Part shown: positions 1 through 8,260 of the stretch, in pieces
How positions within the stretch are numbered: the first letter of the stretch is position 1
Layout of the letters: the number at the start of each line of letters is the position of its first letter
From: Candidatus Omnitrophota bacterium
GTDB taxonomy: Bacteria > Omnitrophota > Gorgyraeia > Gygaellales > Profunditerraquicolaceae
Assembly (NCBI GenBank): GCA_030650425.1
Contig: JAUSED010000001.1
Location: 1-58,649 of the forward strand
DNA length: 58,649 nucleotides
Direction: 5' to 3'
Made by a program: the position numbers and the translations under genes
The notes under the pieces: model-generated
Told to the model about the DNA's origin: nothing
The model's database searches: none
What the model saw: only the letters and a program-made list of their open reading frames with translations

Positions 1-136
1 CGCGTCAGTGAACGGGGGCGATCCAAGGAATTTGTCATTGCGAGGAGCGCAACGACGAAGCAATCTCGTCGAGATTGCTTCGCTCACTTCGTTCGCTCGC
101 AATGACACGATGGGAATTTCCCCCATTGACTGACGC
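1..136. repeat. Composite palindromic element: inverted pair of REP-A units (GTCATTGCGAG..CGAAGCAATC) nested in an outer inverted repeat
   Basis: Forward unit 34-67, reverse-complement unit 71-106. Outer arms GCGTCAGTGAACGGGGG (2-18) and CCCCCATTGACTGACGC (120-136) are reverse complements at 15/17. The left end may be cut by the window edge. Confidence 0.8.
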
Positions 137-159
137 ATTACGTTACCGTGCCAAAATTG

Positions 160-188
160 TTGACAAGCGGCTTTGATTTTGTTATATT
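160..188 (+). promoter_or_regulatory. Sigma70-type promoter with extended -10
   Basis: TTGACA (160-165), 17-nt spacer, TGtTATATT (-10 at 183-188), about 38 nt upstream of the ATG at 226. Confidence 0.6.
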
Positions 189-225
189 GCTCAATGAAAG
201 GAGCATGAGTTTAATCTATTGAGCG

Positions 226-792
226 ATGATTAATCCATATCTTATCTCCACTAACCATCAGAAGGCCTTAAGGTTCTTCCTTCTTCATCCGGGGCAATCT
301 TTTTATGAGAGAGAGATTGCCCGAAAGGCAGGCTTAAGCCCAAGTTCGGCTCACTACGTTCTTGAGCGCCTGTATCGGGCAGGCGTGATTAACCGAAAGC
401 AGAATGGCCGGATGTATTTCTATTCTATTGATAAGACCAATCCTTATCTTAAAGAGTTCAAGGTCCTTGCCAATTTACTTTTACTTGAGCCTTTAGTAGA
501 AAGGCTGAAAAGGTTAACTCACAAAATAGTTCTTTTTGGCAGTTGGGCCCAAGGGGATGATACCGAAGATAGCGATATCGATCTCTTTATCGTTAGTTCT
601 GAAAAAGAAAAGGCGTTATCCGTAGTCAATAAATTCTCTTATTCTGCTGAGCTCTACAATCGCAAGCTCCAGCCAATCATCAGTTCACCAGAGGAGCTTT
701 TAAAAAAAGGCAAAGAGGAAAGGGTATTTCTTGAGCAGGTAGAAAAAGGTAAGGTTCTTTGGGAAAGAGAGATAAATGAGGATATTCTTTAA
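226..792 (+). CDS. MNT-type nucleotidyltransferase with N-terminal winged-helix domain (antitoxin-like partner of HEPN)
   Basis: NTase signature LFGSWAQGDDTEDSDIDLFIV (GS-x9-D-x-D). N-terminal MarR/ArsR-like wHTH (YEREIARKAGLSPSSAHYVLERL). Overlaps the next ORF by 17 nt. Confidence 0.75.
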   Translation: MINPYLISTNHQKALRFFLLHPGQSFYEREIARKAGLSPSSAHYVLERLYRAGVINRKQNGRMYFYSIDKTNPYLKEFKVLANLLLLEPLVERLKRLTHKIVLFGSWAQGDDTEDSDIDLFIVSSEKEKALSVVNKFSYSAELYNRKLQPIISSPEELLKKGKEERVFLEQVEKGKVLWEREINEDIL

Positions 793-1207
793 AGACTGTC
801 TGGAAAAAAAGAGGATCTTTCGCTTTGAGCCGGCAAAAAAATTGGTAGATTTTGAGCTTGAAGATGCCTATGGCGATCTTGGTTCGGCTGAGGAAGATTA
901 TGCAGGGTCTAACTTCAAATGGGCTACTATCAAAGGCTATTATTCTATGTTCCATTCTGCCCGGGCATTACTTTATTCTCGGGGGTATCGTGAAAAAGGC
1001 CATTACTGTCTTTACCTTGCGCTAAAGGTCTTCTTTGTCCAGGAGAAGAAGTTAGACCCTCAGTTAGCCGAAGACTTCAATAATTCTATAATCCTTCGTG
1101 AAGATGCTGACTACCGACGAAAGTTCTCCCGGGAAGGAGCTCAGGCAGTTATCGGCAGCGCAAAGAGGTTCCTTAAAGCCACAAAAGAGATACTTTTAAA
1201 AGAGTAG
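776..1207 (+). CDS. HEPN domain protein (toxin-like partner of MNT)
   Basis: HEPN-like helices (WATIKGYYSMFHSARALL; REDADYRRKF). Classic overlapping gene pair with an upstream minimal nucleotidyltransferase. Confidence 0.7.
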   Translation: MRIFFKDCLEKKRIFRFEPAKKLVDFELEDAYGDLGSAEEDYAGSNFKWATIKGYYSMFHSARALLYSRGYREKGHYCLYLALKVFFVQEKKLDPQLAEDFNNSIILREDADYRRKFSREGAQAVIGSAKRFLKATKEILLKE

Positions 1208-1261
1208 GGAGAAGATAAGAATGGTTCTATTTTCTTCCTTGTTTCTGCTATGAGTTCGTTC

Positions 1262-1290
1262 TTGACCCCGCAATCCCGCTAGTATATACT
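1262..1290 (+). promoter_or_regulatory. Sigma70-type promoter for the tRNA cluster
   Basis: TTGACC (1262-1267), 17 nt, TATACT (1285-1290), about 36 nt before tRNA-Cys. Confidence 0.55.
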
Positions 1291-1325
1291 ATTAAAAACT
1301 ATCTTTACTCCGGTATATTCTACCT

Positions 1326-1398
1326 GGCGCGGTAGCCAAGAGGCTAAGGCGACTGTCTGCAAAACAGTTATTCAGCGGTTCGATTCCGCTCCGCGCCT
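1326..1398 (+). tRNA. tRNA-Cys (GCA)
   Basis: Hand-folded cloverleaf: acceptor GGCGCGG/CCGCGCC, anticodon arm ACTGT-CTGCAAA-ACAGT, T-arm AGCGG-TTCGATT-CCGCT. CCA not encoded. Confidence 0.85.
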
Positions 1399-1420
1399 TT
1401 TGATAAATTAATAACAAATC

Positions 1421-1503
1421 GGGCAAGTGGTGGAATGGTTTACGCGACAGACTTAAAATCTGTTGGCCGCAAGGCCATGAGGGTCCGACTCCCTCCTTGC
1501 CCA
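1421..1503 (+). tRNA. tRNA-Leu (TAA), type II with long variable arm
   Basis: Acceptor GGGCAAG/CTTGCCC, anticodon arm ACAGA-CTTAAAA-TCTGT, variable arm GGCCGCAAGGCC, T-arm GAGGG-TCCGACT-CCCTC. Confidence 0.85.
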
Positions 1504-1516
1504 CTTAAAAATTAAT

Positions 1517-1590
1517 GGGCGGTTAGCTCAGTTGGTTAGAGTACCACATTGACATTGTGGTGGTCGGAGGTTCGAGCCCTCTACCGCCCA
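1517..1590 (+). tRNA. tRNA-Val (GAC)
   Basis: Acceptor GGGCGGT/ACCGCCC, D-arm AGCTCAGTTGGTTAGAG, anticodon arm CCACA-TTGACAT-TGTGG, T-arm GGAGG-TTCGAGC-CCTCT. Confidence 0.85.
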
Positions 1591-1603
1591 TTTTTTTAAA
1601 GAG

Positions 1604-2203
1604 ATGATTAGTAAAAAGCAACTTCAGCAATTGTATATTGACAAAAAACTCTCCATGATGGAAATCGCAGCAAAATTGGGGATTACTCATGCCACAATTT
1701 ACTATTGGCTTAAGAAATACAAGATAAAAAGAAGGTCATGGCGAGACAGCGCGTATGTTCAACATAATCCTGATGGAGACCATTTTAAAATAAAGAAGAA
1801 GTTGAGCGAGGGAGAAAAAGGATTATTAATGTGTGGCTTGATGTTATATTGCGGAGAAGGCAACAGAAGTAACAAGCACTCAATCCAACTTGCAAATTTA
1901 GACCATCGAATCCTAAAGGTTTTTATGGGGTTTTTAAGAAAGGTTTGCGGGATAAGTAAGAATAAGGTCAGTTTATATGTTCAGTTGTATAAAAAGTTTA
2001 ATAGAAACGAAGCCTTAGAATACTGGTCAAAAACTTTACTGATTCCTAAGTCACAGATCGGCATTTATCCCCATACGGATAAAAGAAGCAAATTTGCAGA
2101 GCAAAGGTCGAAATTCGGAATAGCGAGGATTCAATTTCACAATTACAAATTAAAAGATTGGATAGAAAGACAAGCGGATTATTATTTAGATAAATTTAGT
2201 TAG
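1604..2203 (+). CDS. HTH protein with LAGLIDADG-like (homing-endonuclease-like) core, immediately after the tRNA cluster
   Basis: N-terminal HTH (LSMMEIAAKLGITHATIYYWLKKY). The segment GLMLYCGEGNRSNKHSIQLANLDHRILKVFMGFLRK resembles a LAGLIDADG helix plus following strands. Assignment is by eye only. Confidence 0.4.
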   Translation: MISKKQLQQLYIDKKLSMMEIAAKLGITHATIYYWLKKYKIKRRSWRDSAYVQHNPDGDHFKIKKKLSEGEKGLLMCGLMLYCGEGNRSNKHSIQLANLDHRILKVFMGFLRKVCGISKNKVSLYVQLYKKFNRNEALEYWSKTLLIPKSQIGIYPHTDKRSKFAEQRSKFGIARIQFHNYKLKDWIERQADYYLDKFS

Positions 2204-2212
2204 GAAAGATGT

Positions 2213-2234
2213 AGCGGACGTTTAAACGTCCGCT
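2213..2234 (+). terminator. Perfect palindromic hairpin after the 1604-2203 gene
   Basis: AGCGGACGTTTAAACGTCCGCT. No strong T-tract follows, so terminator function is uncertain. Confidence 0.4.
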
Positions 2235-2243
2235 TAAATGCGT

Positions 2244-2275
2244 GATTGCTTCGTCCCTGTGGGGCCCGCAATGAC
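2244..2275. repeat. REP-A unit (reverse orientation)
   Basis: GATTGCTTCGTCCCTGTGGGGCCCGCAATGAC. It accounts for the spurious MLRPCGARND extension of the thrS ORF. Confidence 0.8.
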
Positions 2276-2287
2276 ATAAGTTTAACT

Positions 2288-4009
2288 ATGGATTTAGATA
2301 CCTTAAGACATTCTTGTGCGCATGTGATGGCGCAGGCAGTGAAAGAGCTTTGGGCGGAGGCAAAATTAGCCATTGGTCCATCCATAGAGGATGGATTCTA
2401 CTATGACTTTGATAAAAAAGAAGCGTTTAGCGATGAGGATTTAGTCAAGATCGAAAAACGGATGAGTGAAATTATTGCCAAAGACGAGCCGTTTATCAAG
2501 GAAGGGTTAGATAAAAAAGCAGCCTTGGATTTATTCCAAAAGTTAGGCGAGCCTTACAAAGTAGAATTAATCGAGGCCTTGCCTGATGGGGAAATCTCGG
2601 TTTATAAAACCGGGAAAAGTTTTCTGGATTTATGCCGCGGGCCGCATGTTGAATCTACGGGTAGAATCAAAGCCTTTAAATTACTTTCGGTTGCCGGAGC
2701 GTATTGGCACGGCATCGAAACTAATCCTATGCTGCAGCGGATTTACGGGACCTGTTTTGAAAGTAAAAAAGAGCTGGACGAGCATCTCAAGAATTTAGAA
2801 GAAGCAAAGTTACGCGACCATCGTAAATTGGGGCCGGCCTTAGAGCTCTTTGACATTTATCATGAGGAAGCAGGAGCTGGCCTGGTTTTTTATCATCCTA
2901 AAGGAGCGCTCTTACGCACGATTATCGAAGATTATGAGAAAAGAGAGCACCTCAAACGCGGGTATCAAATCGTGATTACTCCGCACATTATGCAGGCGGG
3001 GTTATGGAAGACCAGCGGCCACTATGATTACTATAAAGAGAATATGTACATCTTTAAAATAGATGAACAAGAATACGTTTTAAAACCAATGAACTGTCCT
3101 GGGCATATTTTAATTTACAAATCTAAGACGAGAAGCTACAAGGATTTACCGATCCGACTTTTTGAATTAGGCACAGTTTACCGCCATGAAAAAGCCGGTG
3201 TCTTACACGGATTGCTGCGCGTGCGCGGGTTTACTCAGGATGACGCGCACATTTTTTGTTTACCCGAACAGCTAAAACCCGAAATAAAATCCGTCATTGA
3301 TTTTGTTTTTGAGACGATGAAAGTCTTCGGGTTTAATCACACGAGTATCGAGTTAAGTACCCGGCCGGAAAAATCTATCGGTTCAGATGATGACTGGCAG
3401 CTGGCTACGCAGTCGCTGGAAGAAGCGCTTAAAGAAAAAGGCTTTAGCTATGATATCAATCAGGGCGACGGCGCTTTTTACGGCCCAAAGATCGATATAA
3501 AATTAAAAGATGCCTTGAAAAGATCATGGCAGTGCGCCACCATCCAATGTGACTTTGCCCTTCCCAAGAGGTTTAATTTATCCTATATTGATAATCAGGG
3601 AAAAGAACGCCAGCCGATTATGCTTCACCGGGTTTTATTGGGGAGCCTCGAGCGTTTTGTCGGCGCTTTAGTCGAGCATTACAATGGCGATTTACCTCTA
3701 TGGCTGGCTCCGGTTCAGGTGTTGGTCATTCCGATTAAAGATACGGTGATGAATTATGCCCGAGAGATCGAGAAAACGCTTCAAGCAAAAGATATCCGCG
3801 TCCAAGTAGACAGCCGCAACGAAACCTTAGATAAAAGAATCCGTAACGCCGAGATGAATAAGATTCCTTATTGTTTAGTTGTGGGCGAGCGCGAAGAAAA
3901 ATCTAAGGCAGTGGCGGTAAGGAAAAAAGGCCAAGGGAATATCGGCGCGATGAGTTTAGATGAATTTGTAAAAAAGGCAGGAGAGGAAATAGAGAAGAAA
4001 ACCGCTTAA
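2288..4009 (+). CDS. thrS: Threonyl-tRNA synthetase, lacking the N-terminal TGS domain
   Basis: Starts at MDLDTLRHSCAHVMAQAV (editing-domain HxxxH region). Class II motifs (FELGTVYRHE, GFTQDDAHIF). Start moved from 2246 to the ATG at 2288 because 2246-2287 is repeat sequence. Confidence 0.9.
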   Translation: MDLDTLRHSCAHVMAQAVKELWAEAKLAIGPSIEDGFYYDFDKKEAFSDEDLVKIEKRMSEIIAKDEPFIKEGLDKKAALDLFQKLGEPYKVELIEALPDGEISVYKTGKSFLDLCRGPHVESTGRIKAFKLLSVAGAYWHGIETNPMLQRIYGTCFESKKELDEHLKNLEEAKLRDHRKLGPALELFDIYHEEAGAGLVFYHPKGALLRTIIEDYEKREHLKRGYQIVITPHIMQAGLWKTSGHYDYYKENMYIFKIDEQEYVLKPMNCPGHILIYKSKTRSYKDLPIRLFELGTVYRHEKAGVLHGLLRVRGFTQDDAHIFCLPEQLKPEIKSVIDFVFETMKVFGFNHTSIELSTRPEKSIGSDDDWQLATQSLEEALKEKGFSYDINQGDGAFYGPKIDIKLKDALKRSWQCATIQCDFALPKRFNLSYIDNQGKERQPIMLHRVLLGSLERFVGALVEHYNGDLPLWLAPVQVLVIPIKDTVMNYAREIEKTLQAKDIRVQVDSRNETLDKRIRNAEMNKIPYCLVVGEREEKSKAVAVRKKGQGNIGAMSLDEFVKKAGEEIEKKTA

Positions 4010-4025
4010 TAACAAGAAAGGAGAG

Positions 4026-4541
4026 GTGGTTACTATAAAAAGATATATCCGCGTTAACGACAGGATCAAGGTCCCGCAGGTCAGGGTGGTCGGTTCGGAC
4101 AGCAGCCAACTGGGGGTAATGACGATACAAAGGGCCTTAGACTTGGCTAATCAGCAGGAGCTGGATTTAGTGGAGGTTGCTCCCTCCGCCAATCCGCCGG
4201 TCTGCCGCATCGTCGATTATAGTAAATTTAAATACGACGAAGAAAAAAAAGAGCGCGAGGCCAAGAAGCATCAGAAACAGGGTAAGTTGAAAGAGATCCG
4301 GCTCAAACCCAATATTGACGACCATGATTTTCAGACCAAGGTGAAACAGGCGGTGACTTTCTTAAAGAAAAAAGATAAAGTGAGGATCAATCTTTTCTTC
4401 CGCGGAAGGCAGATGGAACATATTGATATAGGAAGAAAGGTTTTAGATAAATTTATACAGGACGTGCAAAGCGACGGGCAGGTGGAGAAGCCGCCGATGA
4501 TGGAAGGCAGGATCATGTCTTTTGTGGTCGCGCCTAAATAA
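4026..4541 (+). CDS. infC: Translation initiation factor IF-3
   Basis: INDRIKVPQVRVVGSDSSQLGVM..ALDLANQQELDLVEV..NPPVCRIVDY. GTG start as in the track; the exact (atypical) start codon is uncertain. Confidence 0.9.
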   Translation: MVTIKRYIRVNDRIKVPQVRVVGSDSSQLGVMTIQRALDLANQQELDLVEVAPSANPPVCRIVDYSKFKYDEEKKEREAKKHQKQGKLKEIRLKPNIDDHDFQTKVKQAVTFLKKKDKVRINLFFRGRQMEHIDIGRKVLDKFIQDVQSDGQVEKPPMMEGRIMSFVVAPK

Positions 4542-4556
4542 TGAAAAGGGGAAAAG

Positions 4557-4757
4557 ATGGGAAAATTAAAGACGAAAAAAGGGGTAGCTAAGAGGTTTAA
4601 GCTGACCAAGAAGGGGAAGATTAAGTACTCCCGCGGAGGCAAGAGCCATCTGGCTTCCAGCAAGAAAATGAAAAGGATCAGGAAACTGAGGAAAAGAGAT
4701 ATCTTAGATAACAAAAAAGAAACGAAGTTTATTAAGAGGATGTTACCATACGGTTAA
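4557..4757 (+). CDS. rpmI: 50S ribosomal protein L35
   Basis: MGKLKTKKGVAKRFKLTKKGKIKYSRGGKSH. Sits in the conserved infC-rpmI-rplT order. Confidence 0.9.
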   Translation: MGKLKTKKGVAKRFKLTKKGKIKYSRGGKSHLASSKKMKRIRKLRKRDILDNKKETKFIKRMLPYG

Positions 4758-4770
4758 AAAGGAGTGATGC

Positions 4771-5118
4771 ATGGCAAAGATTAAACACAGCACAGCAACA
4801 CGCAGAAGGAAGAAGAGAGTATTAAAGAAGGCCAAGGGGTTTTTTGGAGACAGGAGTAAGCAGTTTCAACAGGCGCGCCGAGCGCTGTTGCACGCTCTAA
4901 AATACGCCTATCGCGACCGTAAAAATAAAAAAAGAGAGATCCGCTCGCTTTGGATCATCCGGATTAACGCTGCCTGTAGAGCCGAGGGGATTACTTACAA
5001 CGCGTTTATGAACGGCCTGAAAAAAGCCAAGATAAATCTCGACCGTAAAATCTTAGCGGATTTGGCGGTAAAAGAAAGCGCGGCTTTTAAGAAAATTGTG
5101 GGTCTGGTCAAAAAATAG
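4771..5118 (+). CDS. rplT: 50S ribosomal protein L20
   Basis: [57 protein letters not shown]. Confidence 0.9.
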   Translation: MAKIKHSTATRRRKKRVLKKAKGFFGDRSKQFQQARRALLHALKYAYRDRKNKKREIRSLWIIRINAACRAEGITYNAFMNGLKKAKINLDRKILADLAVKESAAFKKIVGLVKK

Positions 5119-5120
5119 AA

Positions 5121-5141
5121 CAAAGGTGACAGTCACCTTTG
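5121..5141 (+). terminator. Palindromic hairpin (GTGACAGTCAC family) between rplT and pheS
   Basis: CAAAGGTGACAGTCACCTTTG. The same core recurs at 48111-48151. Confidence 0.4.
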
Positions 5142-5150
5142 CCTTAATTT

Positions 5151-6188
5151 ATGGATATTCATGCTGTTTCCTCACAGATAGATTTAGATATTCAGCAGGT
5201 AGATTCTTTTGAGGCGCTGGAAGAATTCCGCCTGAGATATTTAGGCAGGAAAGGGATATTAGCCGAACTAACCAGCGTTATACCCTCCCTGTCTAAAGAA
5301 GAACGTGCCGTATTCGGCCAACAAGTTAATGCCTTAAAAAACAAACTCCTTTCTTTGGTTGAGGATAAGCAGAAATCTTTTAGCGTTAGCCCCGAAAAAA
5401 GAAGACGTACTTCTTCTGATTTGGGAATGCCGGGATTAGCGCAGGAATTAGGCCATCTCCACCCGCTAACCCAGATAACCGACGAGATCTGCGCCATCTT
5501 CAGCCGGATGGGCTTTACGATTGTCGAAGGCCCGGAGATAGAAACCGAGTATAATAATTTCACCGGATTAAATATCCCTCTAGAACATCCCTCTCGCGAG
5601 GCATTCGATACCTTTTATCTGAAAGAGAAAACAGAAGGCGGAAAACAGAAGACAGAAAAGCTGTTGTTACGTAGTCACACCTCGCCGGTGCAGGTGCGCG
5701 TGATGAAAAAGCATAAGCCTCCGTTAGCCATCGTTGTCCCGGGCCGGGTGTATCGGCCGGATGCGGTGGATGCGTCCCACTCTTTTATGTTTCACCAGAT
5801 AGAAGGATTTATGGTGGGTAAAGATATTAAATTTTCTGACCTTAAGGGCATCTTAGCGATGTTTGCCAAGGCGGTTTTTGGCGAGGAGATCAAGATGCGC
5901 TTTCGGCCTCATTTTTTTCCTTTTACCGAACCCTCGGCCGAAGTAGATATATCGTGTATCATTTGTAAAGGTCAAGGGTGTTCGGTTTGCGGCAGGAAAG
6001 GCTGGCTTGAGATTTTAGGTTCAGGGATGATTCATCCGAATGTCTTTAAACAAGTGGGGATTGATACTAAGCAGTATACCGGTTTTGCTTTCGGGATGGG
6101 CGTGGAAAGAATAGCTATGCTTAAATACGGGATTAATGATATCCGATTATTCTTTGAGAATGATTTAAGGTTTTTGAGGCAATTCTAA
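5151..6188 (+). CDS. pheS: Phenylalanyl-tRNA synthetase alpha subunit
   Basis: LLRSHTSPVQVR, FRPHFFPFTEPSAEVD, GFAFGMGVERIAMLKYGI. Confidence 0.92.
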   Translation: MDIHAVSSQIDLDIQQVDSFEALEEFRLRYLGRKGILAELTSVIPSLSKEERAVFGQQVNALKNKLLSLVEDKQKSFSVSPEKRRRTSSDLGMPGLAQELGHLHPLTQITDEICAIFSRMGFTIVEGPEIETEYNNFTGLNIPLEHPSREAFDTFYLKEKTEGGKQKTEKLLLRSHTSPVQVRVMKKHKPPLAIVVPGRVYRPDAVDASHSFMFHQIEGFMVGKDIKFSDLKGILAMFAKAVFGEEIKMRFRPHFFPFTEPSAEVDISCIICKGQGCSVCGRKGWLEILGSGMIHPNVFKQVGIDTKQYTGFAFGMGVERIAMLKYGINDIRLFFENDLRFLRQF

Positions 6189-6189
6189 A

Positions 6190-8223
6190 ATGCGCGTTAC
6201 TTATAATTGGTTAAAAGACTTTGTCGAGATTAAACTTCCGGCAAGAGAATTAGCCGATAAGCTGACCATGGCCGGGTTAGAGGTAGTCTCTCTTGAAGAA
6301 AAGGAAGGAGATTTTATCTTTGAGATTGAGATTACTTCCAATCGTCCGGATTGGTTAAGCGTCCTAGGGATAGCCAGAGAAGTAGCCGCGATTACCGGCG
6401 CAAAACTTAAATTAGGTGCCGCGAAAGAACCTAAGAGCCTAAACCCAAAAACCAAAAACCTAGGACCGAAGATCAATATCGAGAATAAAAACGACTGTTC
6501 TCTCTATACTGCCAGAATAATTAAGAATGTCAAAGTCGGGCCTTCACCTGAATGGATGCGTCAAAGGCTGGAATTAATCGGCTGCCGCAGCGTTAATAAT
6601 CTGGTTGATATCACGAATTATGTATTGTTTGAATTGGGCGAGCCTTTACACGCCTTTGATTTGGATAAACTCGATCCGGAAAAGATAGTTGTGCGCCGAG
6701 CCAAGCCAGGCGAGAAGTTGGCCACTATAGACGCGCAGGAAAGAAATTTGGCAAGTAATGTGTTGGTCATCGCTGATCAGCATAAAGTAGTGGCTCTTGC
6801 GGGAGTGATGGGAGGCAAGGAAACCGAGGTTAATGAAAAGACGAAGAATGTTTTATTGGAGGCAGCGGTATTTAATCCGCTTATCGTGCGGCGCTCCCGT
6901 CAGGCGCTCGCTTTACAAAGCGAATCCAGTTACAGATTTGAAAGAGGGGTGGATTTAGAGATGGTGCGCAAAACATCAGCACGGGCGCTGGAATTAATCA
7001 AGGAATATTGCGGAGGTGAAGAAGTTACTTTTGGGCTAAGCGGTTTAACCAAAGTGAAAGAAGCCAAGGTTGCTTTGGATGCGTCTTATGTTGCGAAAAT
7101 TCTAGGGATAAATTTAGCTCCAATCAAAATTAAACAGATGCTTACCCGGCTTGGATTCAAGATCCAACTAAAGTCAAAGAGTATTTTTAATGTAGGGGTG
7201 CCTTCGTTTCGGCAGGATGTCAAGCAGCAGGTGGATTTAATCGAGGAGGTTGCCAGGATCTTTGGTTATGCGCGCATTCCGGTTAGCCTGCCTTCGATCA
7301 GGCCTGATCTAACTCCAGAGAAGAGAAGGGGTTTAGTTTCAGAAATAAAGAATATGCTTATAGGTTTGGGGGTAAACGAGGCAATCACTTATAGCCTGAT
7401 AGATAGAAGAGGATTGAATAGTTTAGGGTTTTTGGTTAATGCTAAGCCCGTAGAGATTATGAACCCTTTAAGTCAAGAGCAGGAAGTCTTACGCCCGACG
7501 CTTATATTGGGGCTGGCGCGCGCAGCCGCTTTTAATCTTAATCAAAAACAAGATTATGTCGCTCTTTTCGAGATTGCCCATCTTTTCCGGCTAGAAGAAA
7601 AGCCAGCCGAAGAACTTGCTTTGGCAATTGCCTTAAGCGGCACAAAATCATTCCTAACCGAACAAGGCTTAGTTAGAGATGAGGCGAGCCTGCTCAATCT
7701 AAAAGGCGTAGTAGAGACTATTTTTAACCGGCTCGGAATTATTGATTATGATTTTATCAATCGAGGCGCTTCGGGTATCGATGTGTATGCTCATAATGAA
7801 AAGATAGGCGTAATGCTCGGTTTGAGCCCACAGACATTAAAAGAGTTGGATGTAAAAAACAGGGATCTGTTTCTGCTCGAGGTTTCTTTGGATAAGCTTT
7901 TTTCCTTCGCCAAGTTAAATAAAAGATTCATTCCTCTTCCCAAATACCCCGGGATCTTGCGGGATATCAGCTTTATTTTAAAAGAAGAGCTCTCAGTTAA
8001 AGATATACTGGCTCTGTTAAAGGAAAAAGGCCAGCCGCTTTTACGGAATGTTCTGGTTGCGGATTATTACAAGGGTAAGCAGATACCCGCGGGTTACAGG
8101 GGCTTGACTTTATCCTGCCTTTATGCTTCCAGCGAACGCACCCTGACTGAAAAAGAAATTCAACCTCTCCACGATGCACTTTGCGAGACGCTTAGTCAAA
8201 AGTTCGAAGTAAAGATTAGATAG
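6190..8223 (+). CDS. pheT: Phenylalanyl-tRNA synthetase beta subunit, short form lacking the N-terminal OB-fold tRNA-binding domain
   Basis: MRVTYNWLKDFV..LTMAGLEVVSLEE runs straight into the B3/4 region (FEIEITSNRPDWLSVLGIAREVAA). It is 677 aa, versus about 790-800 aa that I recall for typical bacterial PheT. Confidence 0.9.
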   Translation: MRVTYNWLKDFVEIKLPARELADKLTMAGLEVVSLEEKEGDFIFEIEITSNRPDWLSVLGIAREVAAITGAKLKLGAAKEPKSLNPKTKNLGPKINIENKNDCSLYTARIIKNVKVGPSPEWMRQRLELIGCRSVNNLVDITNYVLFELGEPLHAFDLDKLDPEKIVVRRAKPGEKLATIDAQERNLASNVLVIADQHKVVALAGVMGGKETEVNEKTKNVLLEAAVFNPLIVRRSRQALALQSESSYRFERGVDLEMVRKTSARALELIKEYCGGEEVTFGLSGLTKVKEAKVALDASYVAKILGINLAPIKIKQMLTRLGFKIQLKSKSIFNVGVPSFRQDVKQQVDLIEEVARIFGYARIPVSLPSIRPDLTPEKRRGLVSEIKNMLIGLGVNEAITYSLIDRRGLNSLGFLVNAKPVEIMNPLSQEQEVLRPTLILGLARAAAFNLNQKQDYVALFEIAHLFRLEEKPAEELALAIALSGTKSFLTEQGLVRDEASLLNLKGVVETIFNRLGIIDYDFINRGASGIDVYAHNEKIGVMLGLSPQTLKELDVKNRDLFLLEVSLDKLFSFAKLNKRFIPLPKYPGILRDISFILKEELSVKDILALLKEKGQPLLRNVLVADYYKGKQIPAGYRGLTLSCLYASSERTLTEKEIQPLHDALCETLSQKFEVKIR

Positions 8224-8226
8224 TGC

Positions 8227-8254
8227 TTGATTTTTAATCAGAATATGATATACT
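8227..8254 (+). promoter_or_regulatory. Strong sigma70-type promoter with extended -10, driving the structured RNA below
   Basis: TTGATT (8227-8232), 16 nt, TGaTATACT (-10 at 8249-8254). Confidence 0.6.
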
Positions 8255-8260
8255 TTTTAT

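Noticed and set aside
1292-1504. 70-aa minus-strand ORF
   Set aside because: It lies entirely antisense to tRNA-Cys and tRNA-Leu. It has no RBS or domain signal and is an artefact of open frames across structured RNA genes.
2246-2287. N-terminal extension of thrS (MLRPCGARNDISLT) in the track ORF
   Set aside because: These codons are the translation of a REP-A repeat unit. The same MLRP.G peptide appears at 34772 from another copy. The conserved ThrRS sequence begins at the ATG at 2288.
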